A DNA stretch of 21,842 bases, from contig CAZZXB010000036.1 of assembly GCA_964658025.1 (NCBI GenBank), positions 977-22,818 on the forward strand. Direction: 5' to 3'. Position numbers and translations under genes: made by a program. The notes beneath the pieces were generated by a model. The model saw nothing but the letters and a program-made list of their open reading frames with translations, made no database searches and had not been told where the DNA came from. The stretch's first letter is position 1. Every line of letters begins with the position of its first letter. The stretch is from an uncultured Janthinobacterium sp. GTDB lineage: Bacteria > Vulcanimicrobiota > Vulcanimicrobiia > Vulcanimicrobiales > Vulcanimicrobiaceae. Below are positions 11,620 through 19,271 of this stretch, one piece after another.

Positions 11620-12027
11620 CTAGATCGCGCGCGCGCGACCTCCCCGAAATACGGGAAGCTCGACGGAGACCGCGCACCCGGCGTCGTCGACCGTGACGCG
11701 CGGGATCCCGGCGAGTTGCGCGATCAAAAAAAGCCCCCGGCCGCCTTCCGACGTGCGGTCGGGGAGCGAGATGCGTAGCGGAAATCCGGAGCCGCCGTCG
11801 CGAACGGTGACCGTCGGCCGCTCCTCGAGCCACACGATCGTCAACACGATGTGTCCGCCCGGCCCGTGACGGATCGCGTTACTGAGCAACTCCGAGAGCG
11901 TCAGCGCGCAGGCGTCGAAATCCGATTCGCTCCGACCATCGCGTTGGAGGAGGTCGAGCGCCTCCGTACGAGCGCGTTGCATCGTCCTCAAATCGTTGGA
12001 ATCAACGATCCATCGGGCTTCATCCAC
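11620..12027 (-). CDS. RsbW/SpoIIAB-like anti-sigma factor / Ser kinase (HATPase_c_2)
   Basis: N-box SELLSNAIRHG, G1 VRDGGSGF, G2 EGGRGLFLI. Start GTG 12027 preferred; the alternative GTG 12096 overlaps the cydB stop. Confidence 0.85.
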   Translation of the reverse strand: MDEARWIVDSNDLRTMQRARTEALDLLQRDGRSESDFDACALTLSELLSNAIRHGPGGHIVLTIVWLEERPTVTVRDGGSGFPLRISLPDRTSEGGRGLFLIAQLAGIPRVTVDDAGCAVSVELPVFRGGRARAI

Positions 12028-12095
12028 GGCTCGCCTATACCCGTCGTCGTGCGCTTCATCGCATCGAACCGAAAAAAGCTTTCGCGAAGGCCTCA

Positions 12096-13067
12096 CTAGT
12101 GCCGCGGTGTCGGAAGTCCGGCCTCGCTTTTAAAGAGGCGAAAGAGTAAAGCAAGTGAGGGGATCAGGAGCGCGCTGCCGACGGCGGTGAGCCAGAGGAA
12201 GGCGCGTAACGTCTCCGGCGGTGCCGCCGCGTCGCGAAACGTCAGCACGTGCGGTACGACGTACGGCGCCTGCGCGGCGTACCATCCGGCGAGAACGGCC
12301 AACACTTCGGCGGCGACGGCGATTCGCGCGAACGCGTACTTCCGTGCGTACAGGCTGCCCAAGACGACGAAGCCGAGCGCCATCGCGATGCCGATCCCCA
12401 CGCGCGAGCGCGCTTGCACGAGATCGCCGAAGGCGTGCGGCGCCCAGACGTACGCGACCGCGAGCGCCGCCGCGCCGCACGCCGCGAGCACGTAGGTCGC
12501 GACGATCGCGCGCGCGCGAAAATCGCGGCGGAGGTCGCCGCCGAGTTCGTAGCACAAAAAAATCGCGGCGACCTGCGCGCAGAGCGCGACGGCGAGCACG
12601 CCGACGGCGAGCGCGAACGGCGCGTTCCAAACGAAATTATCGGAGGTGAGACTGCCGATCGCCGTGCCGAAAAAAAACGGTGCGACGATGCTCGCGATGC
12701 CGAAGATGTGGCCCCAGATCTGCGCGAGTCGTTCGTCGCGAATCGCCTGCGCGCGAAACGCGTATGCCGCGCCGCGCAGGATGATCCCGACGAGGACGAA
12801 CGTCAGCGGGACGTAGAGTCCGACCGATAAGGCCGCGAACGCGGGCGGGAAACACGTGAAGCAGATGACGATGAGGAAGATCAGCCACACGTGGTTGGTC
12901 TCCCACACGGGACCGAGCGCGTGGCCGATCGCATCGCGTTGCTCCGCGCGACGCGGACCGCTCGCGAGCACGTCCCACACGCCGCCGCCGAAATCGGCGC
13001 CGCCGAAGAGCGCGTACAGAAAGATCGCGAGCAGCGCGACGCCCGCGACCGCGAGTTCCGCACTCAC
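12096..13067 (-). CDS. cydB: cytochrome bd ubiquinol oxidase subunit II
   Basis: GGADFGGG, GPVWETNHVWLIF, IILRGAAYAFR; multi-TM; starts 7 nt after the cydA stop. Confidence 0.95.
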   Translation of the reverse strand: MSAELAVAGVALLAIFLYALFGGADFGGGVWDVLASGPRRAEQRDAIGHALGPVWETNHVWLIFLIVICFTCFPPAFAALSVGLYVPLTFVLVGIILRGAAYAFRAQAIRDERLAQIWGHIFGIASIVAPFFFGTAIGSLTSDNFVWNAPFALAVGVLAVALCAQVAAIFLCYELGGDLRRDFRARAIVATYVLAACGAAALAVAYVWAPHAFGDLVQARSRVGIGIAMALGFVVLGSLYARKYAFARIAVAAEVLAVLAGWYAAQAPYVVPHVLTFRDAAAPPETLRAFLWLTAVGSALLIPSLALLFRLFKSEAGLPTPRH

Positions 13068-13074
13068 GGGCGCG

Positions 13075-14415
13075 TCATCGCGGTTGCGGCACGGCGCGGA
13101 TCGTCGGCGTGGGACTCGGCGGCTCGAGCGTTTCGTCGGTCCGCAGTCGCAGGAGCAACCACGCGAGCGTCGTCGCGAGGAAGAGATACAAGAGCGTGAA
13201 TCCGTAGAAGGCGAGATCGAGCGCGGGCGCGGTCGTCACCGCATCGCGCGTGCGCAAGAATCCGCGCGCGATCCACGGCTGACGTCCGAGTTCGGTCACC
13301 ATCCAGCCGCATTCCATCGCGAGAAACGCGAGCGGACCCGACGTCACGATCGCGCGCGAGAGCCAGACGGTCGGCGCGCGCTTTCCGAGCTTCGTCGCGA
13401 ACGCCCACCAGGCGGCGATCCCCAAGAGCGCCGAACCCGTGCCGACCATCGTGTCGAACGTGAGATGCACGGGCGCGACGACCGGCCGATCGCCTTTGGG
13501 AAACGCGTCGAGACCGCGGATGAGCGCGTGCGGATTCTCGAACGCGAGGATGCTCAGCACGTAGGGGATGCGGATCGCATAACGCGTCTGATCCGTCGAT
13601 TCGTCGGGGATCCCGCCGATCTGCAACGCCGCGCCGTTCTCGCTGCGGAACTGCCCTTCCATCGCGGCGAGCTTGATCGGTTCTTCGTGCGCGACGAAGC
13701 GCGCCGCGACGTCGCCGACGACGAGCTGTAACGGGATCGCGACGCTCCCGACGAGCATCGCGACGCGCAGCGCCGCGAGCGCGCTCGGATCGGACGGTTT
13801 TCGCAGGAGCGTGAGCGCGTAGATCGTCGCCACGGCGAACCCGGAGAAGACGTACGCGGAGAGCGTCGTGTGGATCACTTCGGTCGGCATCGCGGGATTG
13901 AAGAGCGCGGCCCACGGATGGATGTCGACCGCGCGACCGCCGACGTTGCGAAAGCCCGCGGGCGTGTTCATCCACGCGTTGACGGCCGTGACGAACGCGG
14001 CCGAGAGCGCACCCGAGACGACGATCGGAATCGAGCAGAGCCAGTGCGCGCGCGGCGAGAGCCGCTCCCAGCCGTAGAGATAGATACCGACGAACACGGC
14101 TTCGATGAAGAACGCGAATCCTTCGGCGGAGAACGGCACCCCGATCACCGCACCCGCATGGCGCATGAACTCGGGCCACAACAGTCCGAGTTCGAACGAC
14201 AGCGTCGTTCCGGAGACCGCGCCGATCGCGAAGAGCAAGAGCATCGCGCGCGACCACGTCCGCGCTAAGCGATAATAGCGCACGTCTTTCGTGCGTAACC
14301 ACAAGCCCTCGACCGCGAAGAGCAAGACCGGCAGGCCGACGCCGAGCGCCGCGAAGATGTAATGAAACGCGAGCGACGTTCCCATTTGGGCCCGGGCCGC
14401 CGAGAGATGATCCAC
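13075..14415 (-). CDS. cydA: cytochrome bd ubiquinol oxidase subunit I (short Q-loop type)
   Basis: LAFHYIF (heme His), FAIGAVSG, FELG, EGFAFFIEA, NAWMNTP, EVIH, PIKLAAMEG (quinol Lys/Glu), FDTMVG (Met ligand), ELGRQPW. Confidence 0.97.
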   Translation of the reverse strand: MDHLSAARAQMGTSLAFHYIFAALGVGLPVLLFAVEGLWLRTKDVRYYRLARTWSRAMLLLFAIGAVSGTTLSFELGLLWPEFMRHAGAVIGVPFSAEGFAFFIEAVFVGIYLYGWERLSPRAHWLCSIPIVVSGALSAAFVTAVNAWMNTPAGFRNVGGRAVDIHPWAALFNPAMPTEVIHTTLSAYVFSGFAVATIYALTLLRKPSDPSALAALRVAMLVGSVAIPLQLVVGDVAARFVAHEEPIKLAAMEGQFRSENGAALQIGGIPDESTDQTRYAIRIPYVLSILAFENPHALIRGLDAFPKGDRPVVAPVHLTFDTMVGTGSALLGIAAWWAFATKLGKRAPTVWLSRAIVTSGPLAFLAMECGWMVTELGRQPWIARGFLRTRDAVTTAPALDLAFYGFTLLYLFLATTLAWLLLRLRTDETLEPPSPTPTIRAVPQPR

Positions 14416-14421
14416 CTGGCT

Positions 14422-14427
14422 ATTGTA
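14422..14427 (-). promoter_or_regulatory. -10 element for probably leaderless cydAB transcript
   Basis: TACAAT on the minus strand 6 nt upstream of the cydA GTG; no Shine-Dalgarno sequence between them. Confidence 0.6.
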
Positions 14428-14523
14428 TCCACTTTCTCGCGCGCACGGTGCGCGAATCGTCGCTTTGGAGCACGGAGATCGAGCCCGTGCCCTCCGAGCG
14501 AGGCGCCGCCGCGCGCGCGCCGA

Positions 14524-15294
14524 CTAATCGCGAAAGGACGGATCGATTCGGTCGAGCCGGCGCAAGAGCGGCGCCCAGGCGGCTTTCGCGACCGCGGCCT
14601 TTCCGAATCCCGACTGCTTCGCGACGAGCTCGACCACGCCCGGGCGTGCGTCGTGGAGCGCGCCCCCGCCGGCGAGCGTGGCGACCTGCATCGCGCAGGC
14701 GCGTTCGAGGAAGTACATCGTCAGGAACGCCTCGGCGACCGACGCGCCGAGCGCGAGCGTCCCGTGATTCCAGAGCAACATCGCGGACTTCGTTCCGAGA
14801 TCGGCGACCAGGCGCGGCCGCTCGGCGAGGTCGAGCGCGACGCCCTCGTATTCGTGATAGGCGAGATCGCTCGCGGCGATCATCGCCGTTTGGTTCAGCG
14901 GTAAGAGACCGCCCGCTTGCGCGGATACCGCGACGCCGCCGATCGTGTGGAGGTGGAGGACGCAGTGCGCGTCCGGGCGGGCCGCGTGGACGGCGCTGTG
15001 GATCGTGAAGCCCGCGGGATTGATCGCATAGGCCGACGGTTCGACGATCCGTCCGTCGAGATCGACCTTGACGAGACTCGACGCCGTGATCTCGTCGAAC
15101 ATCAGCCCGAAGGGATTGATGAGAAAGTGCTTTTCGGGACCGGGTCCGGGCACGGCCGCGGAGAGGTGCGTGAAGATGAGATCGTCCCAGCCGTAGTGCG
15201 CGACGAGGCGATATGCGGCGGCGAGATCGACGCGTACGGCCCGCTCTTCGGGCGACCACGTTTCCGCGACGGACGTTTCCATCGTTGCGCTCAT
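14524..15294 (-). CDS. class II aldolase/adducin family protein
   Basis: RVDLAAAYRL, DLIFTHLS, FLINPFGLMFDEITASSLVKVD, GFTIHSAVH, HLHT, NHG; GAGGAGG RBS; ATGA overlap with the upstream stop. Confidence 0.95.
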   Translation of the reverse strand: MSATMETSVAETWSPEERAVRVDLAAAYRLVAHYGWDDLIFTHLSAAVPGPGPEKHFLINPFGLMFDEITASSLVKVDLDGRIVEPSAYAINPAGFTIHSAVHAARPDAHCVLHLHTIGGVAVSAQAGGLLPLNQTAMIAASDLAYHEYEGVALDLAERPRLVADLGTKSAMLLWNHGTLALGASVAEAFLTMYFLERACAMQVATLAGGGALHDARPGVVELVAKQSGFGKAAVAKAAWAPLLRRLDRIDPSFRD

Positions 15295-15806
15295 GACGAT
15301 TCCTCCTCGTATTCGTTTCGAGTCCGCGCGAGCGCGATCATCTCGCGCATGCGCGGATGGTCGCCCGGAATCGACCGCTCCCACACCTCGAATCGCGGAA
15401 CCGGGAGCCCGACGCGGAAGCAAAAATAATAGACCGAGAGCGGACCGAGAAAACGAAAACGCGCGCGGAGATCCATCTCGCGCGCGGCGTAGGACGGAAA
15501 GCTCGCGAGATATGCGGCGAACGTGCCGTGCTCGCGTGCGAGCGCGAGCATCGTGCGGGCGTTCTCGATCGTCGCGACGATCTTCTTGTGCGTGCGGACG
15601 ACGCCGCCGTCGGAGACGATGCGCTCGACGTCGCGTTCGTCGAATCGCGCGACGGCTTCGGGTTCGAATCCCGCGAAGAGGCGCAGATACGCATCCCACT
15701 TCGTCTCGATGAGCTTCCACGACAGACCGGCTTGGAAGATCGCACGCGACATCACGCCGAGGTAGTCGGCGAGCGAGGGCGACGCGATCCGTTCGGGGAT
15801 CGCCAT
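15291..15806 (-). CDS. DNA-3-methyladenine glycosylase I (Tag)-like protein, N-terminally reduced
   Basis: FQAGLSW, F.GF.PEAVARF, VVRTHKKIVATIENAR, FRFLGP match the Tag core; the YHDxEWG segment is absent. Confidence 0.8.
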   Translation of the reverse strand: MAIPERIASPSLADYLGVMSRAIFQAGLSWKLIETKWDAYLRLFAGFEPEAVARFDERDVERIVSDGGVVRTHKKIVATIENARTMLALAREHGTFAAYLASFPSYAAREMDLRARFRFLGPLSVYYFCFRVGLPVPRFEVWERSIPGDHPRMREMIALARTRNEYEEESS

Positions 15807-16477
15807 CAGCGCGAGAGTTCCCGGACGCGCCGCTCGAGTTCCGCGAGATTCGCGTCGCGCGTCCCGGAGGCGCCGAGCGCGAGCGGCTCGCCGAAACGGA
15901 GCGTCACCTGCGGACGGCGATCGGGCGGTTCGTAGGCGAATCCGGCCGGCACGACCGGAATCGTCCGTCCGAGCAGGCGTTGCGCCCGTCGCGCGATCGC
16001 GACGACGCCCGGACGGAAGGGAAGGAACGTCGTCGTCGAGGGTCGCGACGGCGCGGGATCGATCGTCGGATATCCCTGCGGAAACACGACGAGCGTCTCG
16101 CCGCGCGCGAGCAGGCGCGCCGCGAAATCGAGCGCGCCGCGCGTGTAGCGTACGACGTCGCGCGCGGAGAACGCGCTACGTCGGCCGTCGAAACTATCGG
16201 CGCGCAACGCGACGGGCCATTCGGCGAGGCGACAGAGCGTCTCCATGAACGCGCGCTCGATCGGCGTTCGCGTCCAGTCGAGCGCGACGAAGATGTGCGG
16301 CGTCCGCGGTAACGCGCGAACGAGGGCGACGCCGTCGTAGAGGTGGTGATAGTGTCGCGCCGCGACGATCGCCGGACCCTCGAGCGGGACGTGCTCGACG
16401 CCGACGACGCGCATCCGTACGTCGCGCGCGAAATGGCGTGCGATCGCGCCGACGGCGATGCGCCCGATCGCGCTCAC
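15806..16477 (-). CDS. PlsC/LPLAT-superfamily acyltransferase, putative carotenoid glycoside acyltransferase
   Basis: GVEHVPLEGPAIVAARHYHHLYDG, LVVFPQG, PFRPG, IPVVPAG, RFGEPL; GTGA overlap with the cruF stop gives start 16477. Confidence 0.8.
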   Translation of the reverse strand: MSAIGRIAVGAIARHFARDVRMRVVGVEHVPLEGPAIVAARHYHHLYDGVALVRALPRTPHIFVALDWTRTPIERAFMETLCRLAEWPVALRADSFDGRRSAFSARDVVRYTRGALDFAARLLARGETLVVFPQGYPTIDPAPSRPSTTTFLPFRPGVVAIARRAQRLLGRTIPVVPAGFAYEPPDRRPQVTLRFGEPLALGASGTRDANLAELERRVRELSR

Positions 16478-17325
16478 GCGGCGAGGGGCCGCCGTCGCCA
16501 TTTCGGAAAGACGGCGGTCGCGGCGGGGACGAGACTGAGCGCGATCGCCGCGACGGCCGTCTGCCAGAGACCGACGGAGACGCTGAGCGACATCGCCCAC
16601 ACGACGTTCGCCGCGTAGACCGCGAAGGGGACGGCGACGCTCGCGCGCGCCGGAACCTCGTTCGAACCCCAAAGCGCGCGGCCGACCGCGATGAAGCACA
16701 GACCCGTTCCGAACCACCCGGCGAGATTGCGCAGCGGCATGCCGAAGTACGCGCCGTGTTCTTTCCAGACCCAGAAGTGCATGACCGTCATGCGATCGCT
16801 CGCCATCGCCGGATCGAGCACGAGGTCCCACGCGGTGAGTAACCACGCGCCGAGTGCGATACTCAAGAGCGTCCGTCGTCTCGGCGACGCGGTCGCGACG
16901 ATCCGGCTCGCGAGCACGAACGACGCGAAACCCATGTAGAACCAAGAGAGCGGGACCGTATACGGCACGCGATCGGCGAGTCGGAAGCCGAGAAATCCCG
17001 TGTACGCGTAGCCGCCGAAGGGCCAGCCGGTTTTCGTCCCGGTCAGTTCCGCCGTCGCCGAGATGACGACCGCGGCGACGAAGAAGAGCGACGTCCGCCG
17101 CGGTCCCAGTGCCGCGAAGCCGTAGGCGAGCATCGCGGCCGCCGCGGTGAGGATATCGACGGTCCCCGTGTTCTGGATCGCCCACGAATAGAAGGCGAGC
17201 GCCCACGGATTGCCGGCGAACTGCGCGACGTTGGGCACCGCGGAGAGCAGGCCGAACAGTCCGAGGCCCAGGGCGAGGATGTGGGCGGCGACGAGCCCGA
17301 CGGCCAGACGGGACAGAACCTTCAT
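16474..17325 (-). CDS. cruF: CruF-like carotenoid 1',2'-hydratase (carotenoid biosynthesis membrane protein)
   Basis: AELTGTKTGWPFGGYAY, VPYTVPLSWFYMG, TAWDLVLDPAM, FWVW, FGMPLRNLAGW are the CruF family motifs; ATGA overlap with the GT stop. Confidence 0.87.
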   Translation of the reverse strand: MKVLSRLAVGLVAAHILALGLGLFGLLSAVPNVAQFAGNPWALAFYSWAIQNTGTVDILTAAAAMLAYGFAALGPRRTSLFFVAAVVISATAELTGTKTGWPFGGYAYTGFLGFRLADRVPYTVPLSWFYMGFASFVLASRIVATASPRRRTLLSIALGAWLLTAWDLVLDPAMASDRMTVMHFWVWKEHGAYFGMPLRNLAGWFGTGLCFIAVGRALWGSNEVPARASVAVPFAVYAANVVWAMSLSVSVGLWQTAVAAIALSLVPAATAVFPKWRRRPLAA

Positions 17326-18497
17326 GCCCGAGCGGTTTCGGGAACGAGCGCCCGACCCCGCCACGTCGGCGCGCGATCGAGCGTCGCGACGACGATCCGG
17401 ACGAGTGCGGGAACGTCCAAGAGCGGCGAGAGCCAGTACGTCCACGCGACGGGCGCGTAGGCGCGCCGCGTCGCACCGAGCACGACGAGCCGCGCGACGG
17501 CGAAGATCGCGCAGAGCGAGAACAGCGCGTCGTCGCGCGTCGCACGCGTCGCGAGCGTCACGACGACGAACGCGAGCGGCAACGCCTGCACGAACGCGAC
17601 TTCGGCACACGCGAGCGCCGACTCCGCAAGGGGCGTCGACGCATCGCGCAGCGCGAGCGAGCGCGGCCAATTCCGCCAGCACTCGACGCCGCTCGCGTAC
17701 ATCGCGACGCGCGAGAGGCGTCCGCCCTCGAAGAAGCCGACGCGGTATCCCGCCGCGAAGAGCCGCCGGGCGATCGTCGCGTCGTCGCAACGCGACGCGC
17801 GGGCCGCGGCGAACGCGCGCGTCGCGACGAGCGCGCCGCGACGCGCCACGAAACACTGGCCGTTGGCCTGCACGGAGCGCGCGTCGTGCGCGACGTGTCC
17901 CGGAATGCCGAGCCGGTAGACGAGCGTCGCGAGAAACGACGGATGGAGCGCGGCTTCCAGCGGCCCGGAGAGCTCGAGGAGCGGCGCCGCGCTGAACGCG
18001 TCGAGGTACGACTCCTCCGCGTGCGCGACGAGCGAGGTCGCGAGGTACGGTTGCGGTCGGACGTCGGCATCGACGCACGCGATCCACGGAAGCTCGGGAT
18101 CCGACGCCGCGAGCCCGCACGCCAGATTCCACGCTTTGCCGTTCCAGTCGGCGGGGACGGGTGCGGCGTCGACGAGACGGACGCGCGGATCCCGCGCCGC
18201 GAACGCGCGCACGAGTTCCCGCGTGCCGTCGCGCGAGCCGCCGTCGACGACGACGATCTCGGCGAGCGTCGCGGGTTGCGCGCAGAGTCCGGCGAGACAC
18301 GGTTCCAGGCGCGCGGCTTCGTCGAGGACGGGGACGACGACGCCGACGCGCGCGCCGCCGGGCCGGGCCTCGTCGACCACGCGCACGCCGTCGCTCGCGG
18401 AGGTCGCGAGCATCCGCCAGAAGACGCGCGCGCCAAGCAATCCCACCGCGACGGCGAACGCATTGCGCACCGCACGATGCCGACGACGATCTCCCAC
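17322..18497 (-). CDS. cruG: GT2 glycosyltransferase, CruG-like carotenoid glycosyltransferase
   Basis: VPVLDEAARL, VVDGGSRDGT, WNGK, DADV, QANGQCF, WRNWPRSL; N-terminal TM; adjacent to cruF. Start GTG 18497 (GGAGG 8 nt upstream); alternatives are 18470 and 18413. Confidence 0.8.
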   Translation of the reverse strand: MGDRRRHRAVRNAFAVAVGLLGARVFWRMLATSASDGVRVVDEARPGGARVGVVVPVLDEAARLEPCLAGLCAQPATLAEIVVVDGGSRDGTRELVRAFAARDPRVRLVDAAPVPADWNGKAWNLACGLAASDPELPWIACVDADVRPQPYLATSLVAHAEESYLDAFSAAPLLELSGPLEAALHPSFLATLVYRLGIPGHVAHDARSVQANGQCFVARRGALVATRAFAAARASRCDDATIARRLFAAGYRVGFFEGGRLSRVAMYASGVECWRNWPRSLALRDASTPLAESALACAEVAFVQALPLAFVVVTLATRATRDDALFSLCAIFAVARLVVLGATRRAYAPVAWTYWLSPLLDVPALVRIVVATLDRAPTWRGRALVPETARA

Positions 18498-19271
18498 GAT
18501 ACGATCCTCCTGCGTCACGGCGCGCGCACCGAGCGCGCGTTCGTCCTGCTCCACGGACTCACGGCGTCGCCGCGTCAGTTCGGCGCGTTCGGCGCGCTCC
18601 TGTTCGACCGCGGTGCGAACGTGCTGATCCCGCGACTCCCGCATCACGGATACGCCGACCGCATGTCGCCCGCCCTCGCCGATCTGACGGCGCCCGAGCT
18701 CCGCGCGTTCGCGGACGACGCGGTCGCGGCGGGTCGCGAACTCGGCGAACGCGTCACGGTCGTGGGATTCTCCGTCGGCGGCCTGCTCAGCGCCTGGATC
18801 GCGCAGCGATACGAGATCGCGCGCAGCGTGTCGATCGCACCGTTCCTCGGCGTCGCGTGGCTGCCGCCCGAACTCTGGGCCTCCGTCGCGCGCGGGCTCC
18901 TGCGTTCGCCCAACCGCTTTCATTGGTGGGATCCGCGCGTGCGCGAACGACTCGGACCCGACCACGGCTATCCGCGCTTCGCGACCCATGCCGTCGGCCA
19001 CGCGGCGTCGCTCGCCGAAGCCCTGCTCGCGGAGGCGCTCGCGGCGCCGCGTCTCACGGGCGACGCCCGCATCGTGCTCAACGCGCGCGAATCCGCCGTG
19101 AGTAACGCCGCGGCGCTCCGCCTCGCGCGCCGCTGGGAGTCGCGCGTCCCGGGCGCGCTCGTCCACCGCCTGCGCGGGCTCCCGCTCTCGCACGACATCA
19201 TCGAGCCGTTGCGCTCGCCCGCGATCGTCGCGCGCGTCTACCCCGAATTGCTGGGCCTTGTCGATCCGTAG
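18477..19271 (+). CDS. alpha/beta hydrolase (carboxylesterase/lipase-like), paralog 1
   Basis: LLHGLTASP, PRLPHHG, GFSVGG nucleophile elbow, LNARE, SHDII; ATG 18477. Confidence 0.85.
   Translation: MPTTISHDTILLRHGARTERAFVLLHGLTASPRQFGAFGALLFDRGANVLIPRLPHHGYADRMSPALADLTAPELRAFADDAVAAGRELGERVTVVGFSVGGLLSAWIAQRYEIARSVSIAPFLGVAWLPPELWASVARGLLRSPNRFHWWDPRVRERLGPDHGYPRFATHAVGHAASLAEALLAEALAAPRLTGDARIVLNARESAVSNAAALRLARRWESRVPGALVHRLRGLPLSHDIIEPLRSPAIVARVYPELLGLVDP

Noticed and set aside
12072..12091. Possible terminator after cydB (GCCTTCGCGAAAGC followed by TTTTTT on minus)
   Set aside because: The stem is short and has a C-A mismatch; too weak to call.
4286..19105. Many long Arg/Ala-rich alternative-frame ORFs (e.g. 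4286-5719, 7038-8063, 13064-14302, 17558-18475, 18161-19105)
   Set aside because: They overlap confidently identified genes, and their composition is typical of off-frame translation of high-GC DNA.
14524..19193. Apparent long fusion proteins (14524-15720, 15806-17545, 16474-18300, 17322-19193) or frameshifts
   Set aside because: The extensions are off-frame reads of neighbouring genes; stop/start overlaps and RBSs define separate, intact genes.
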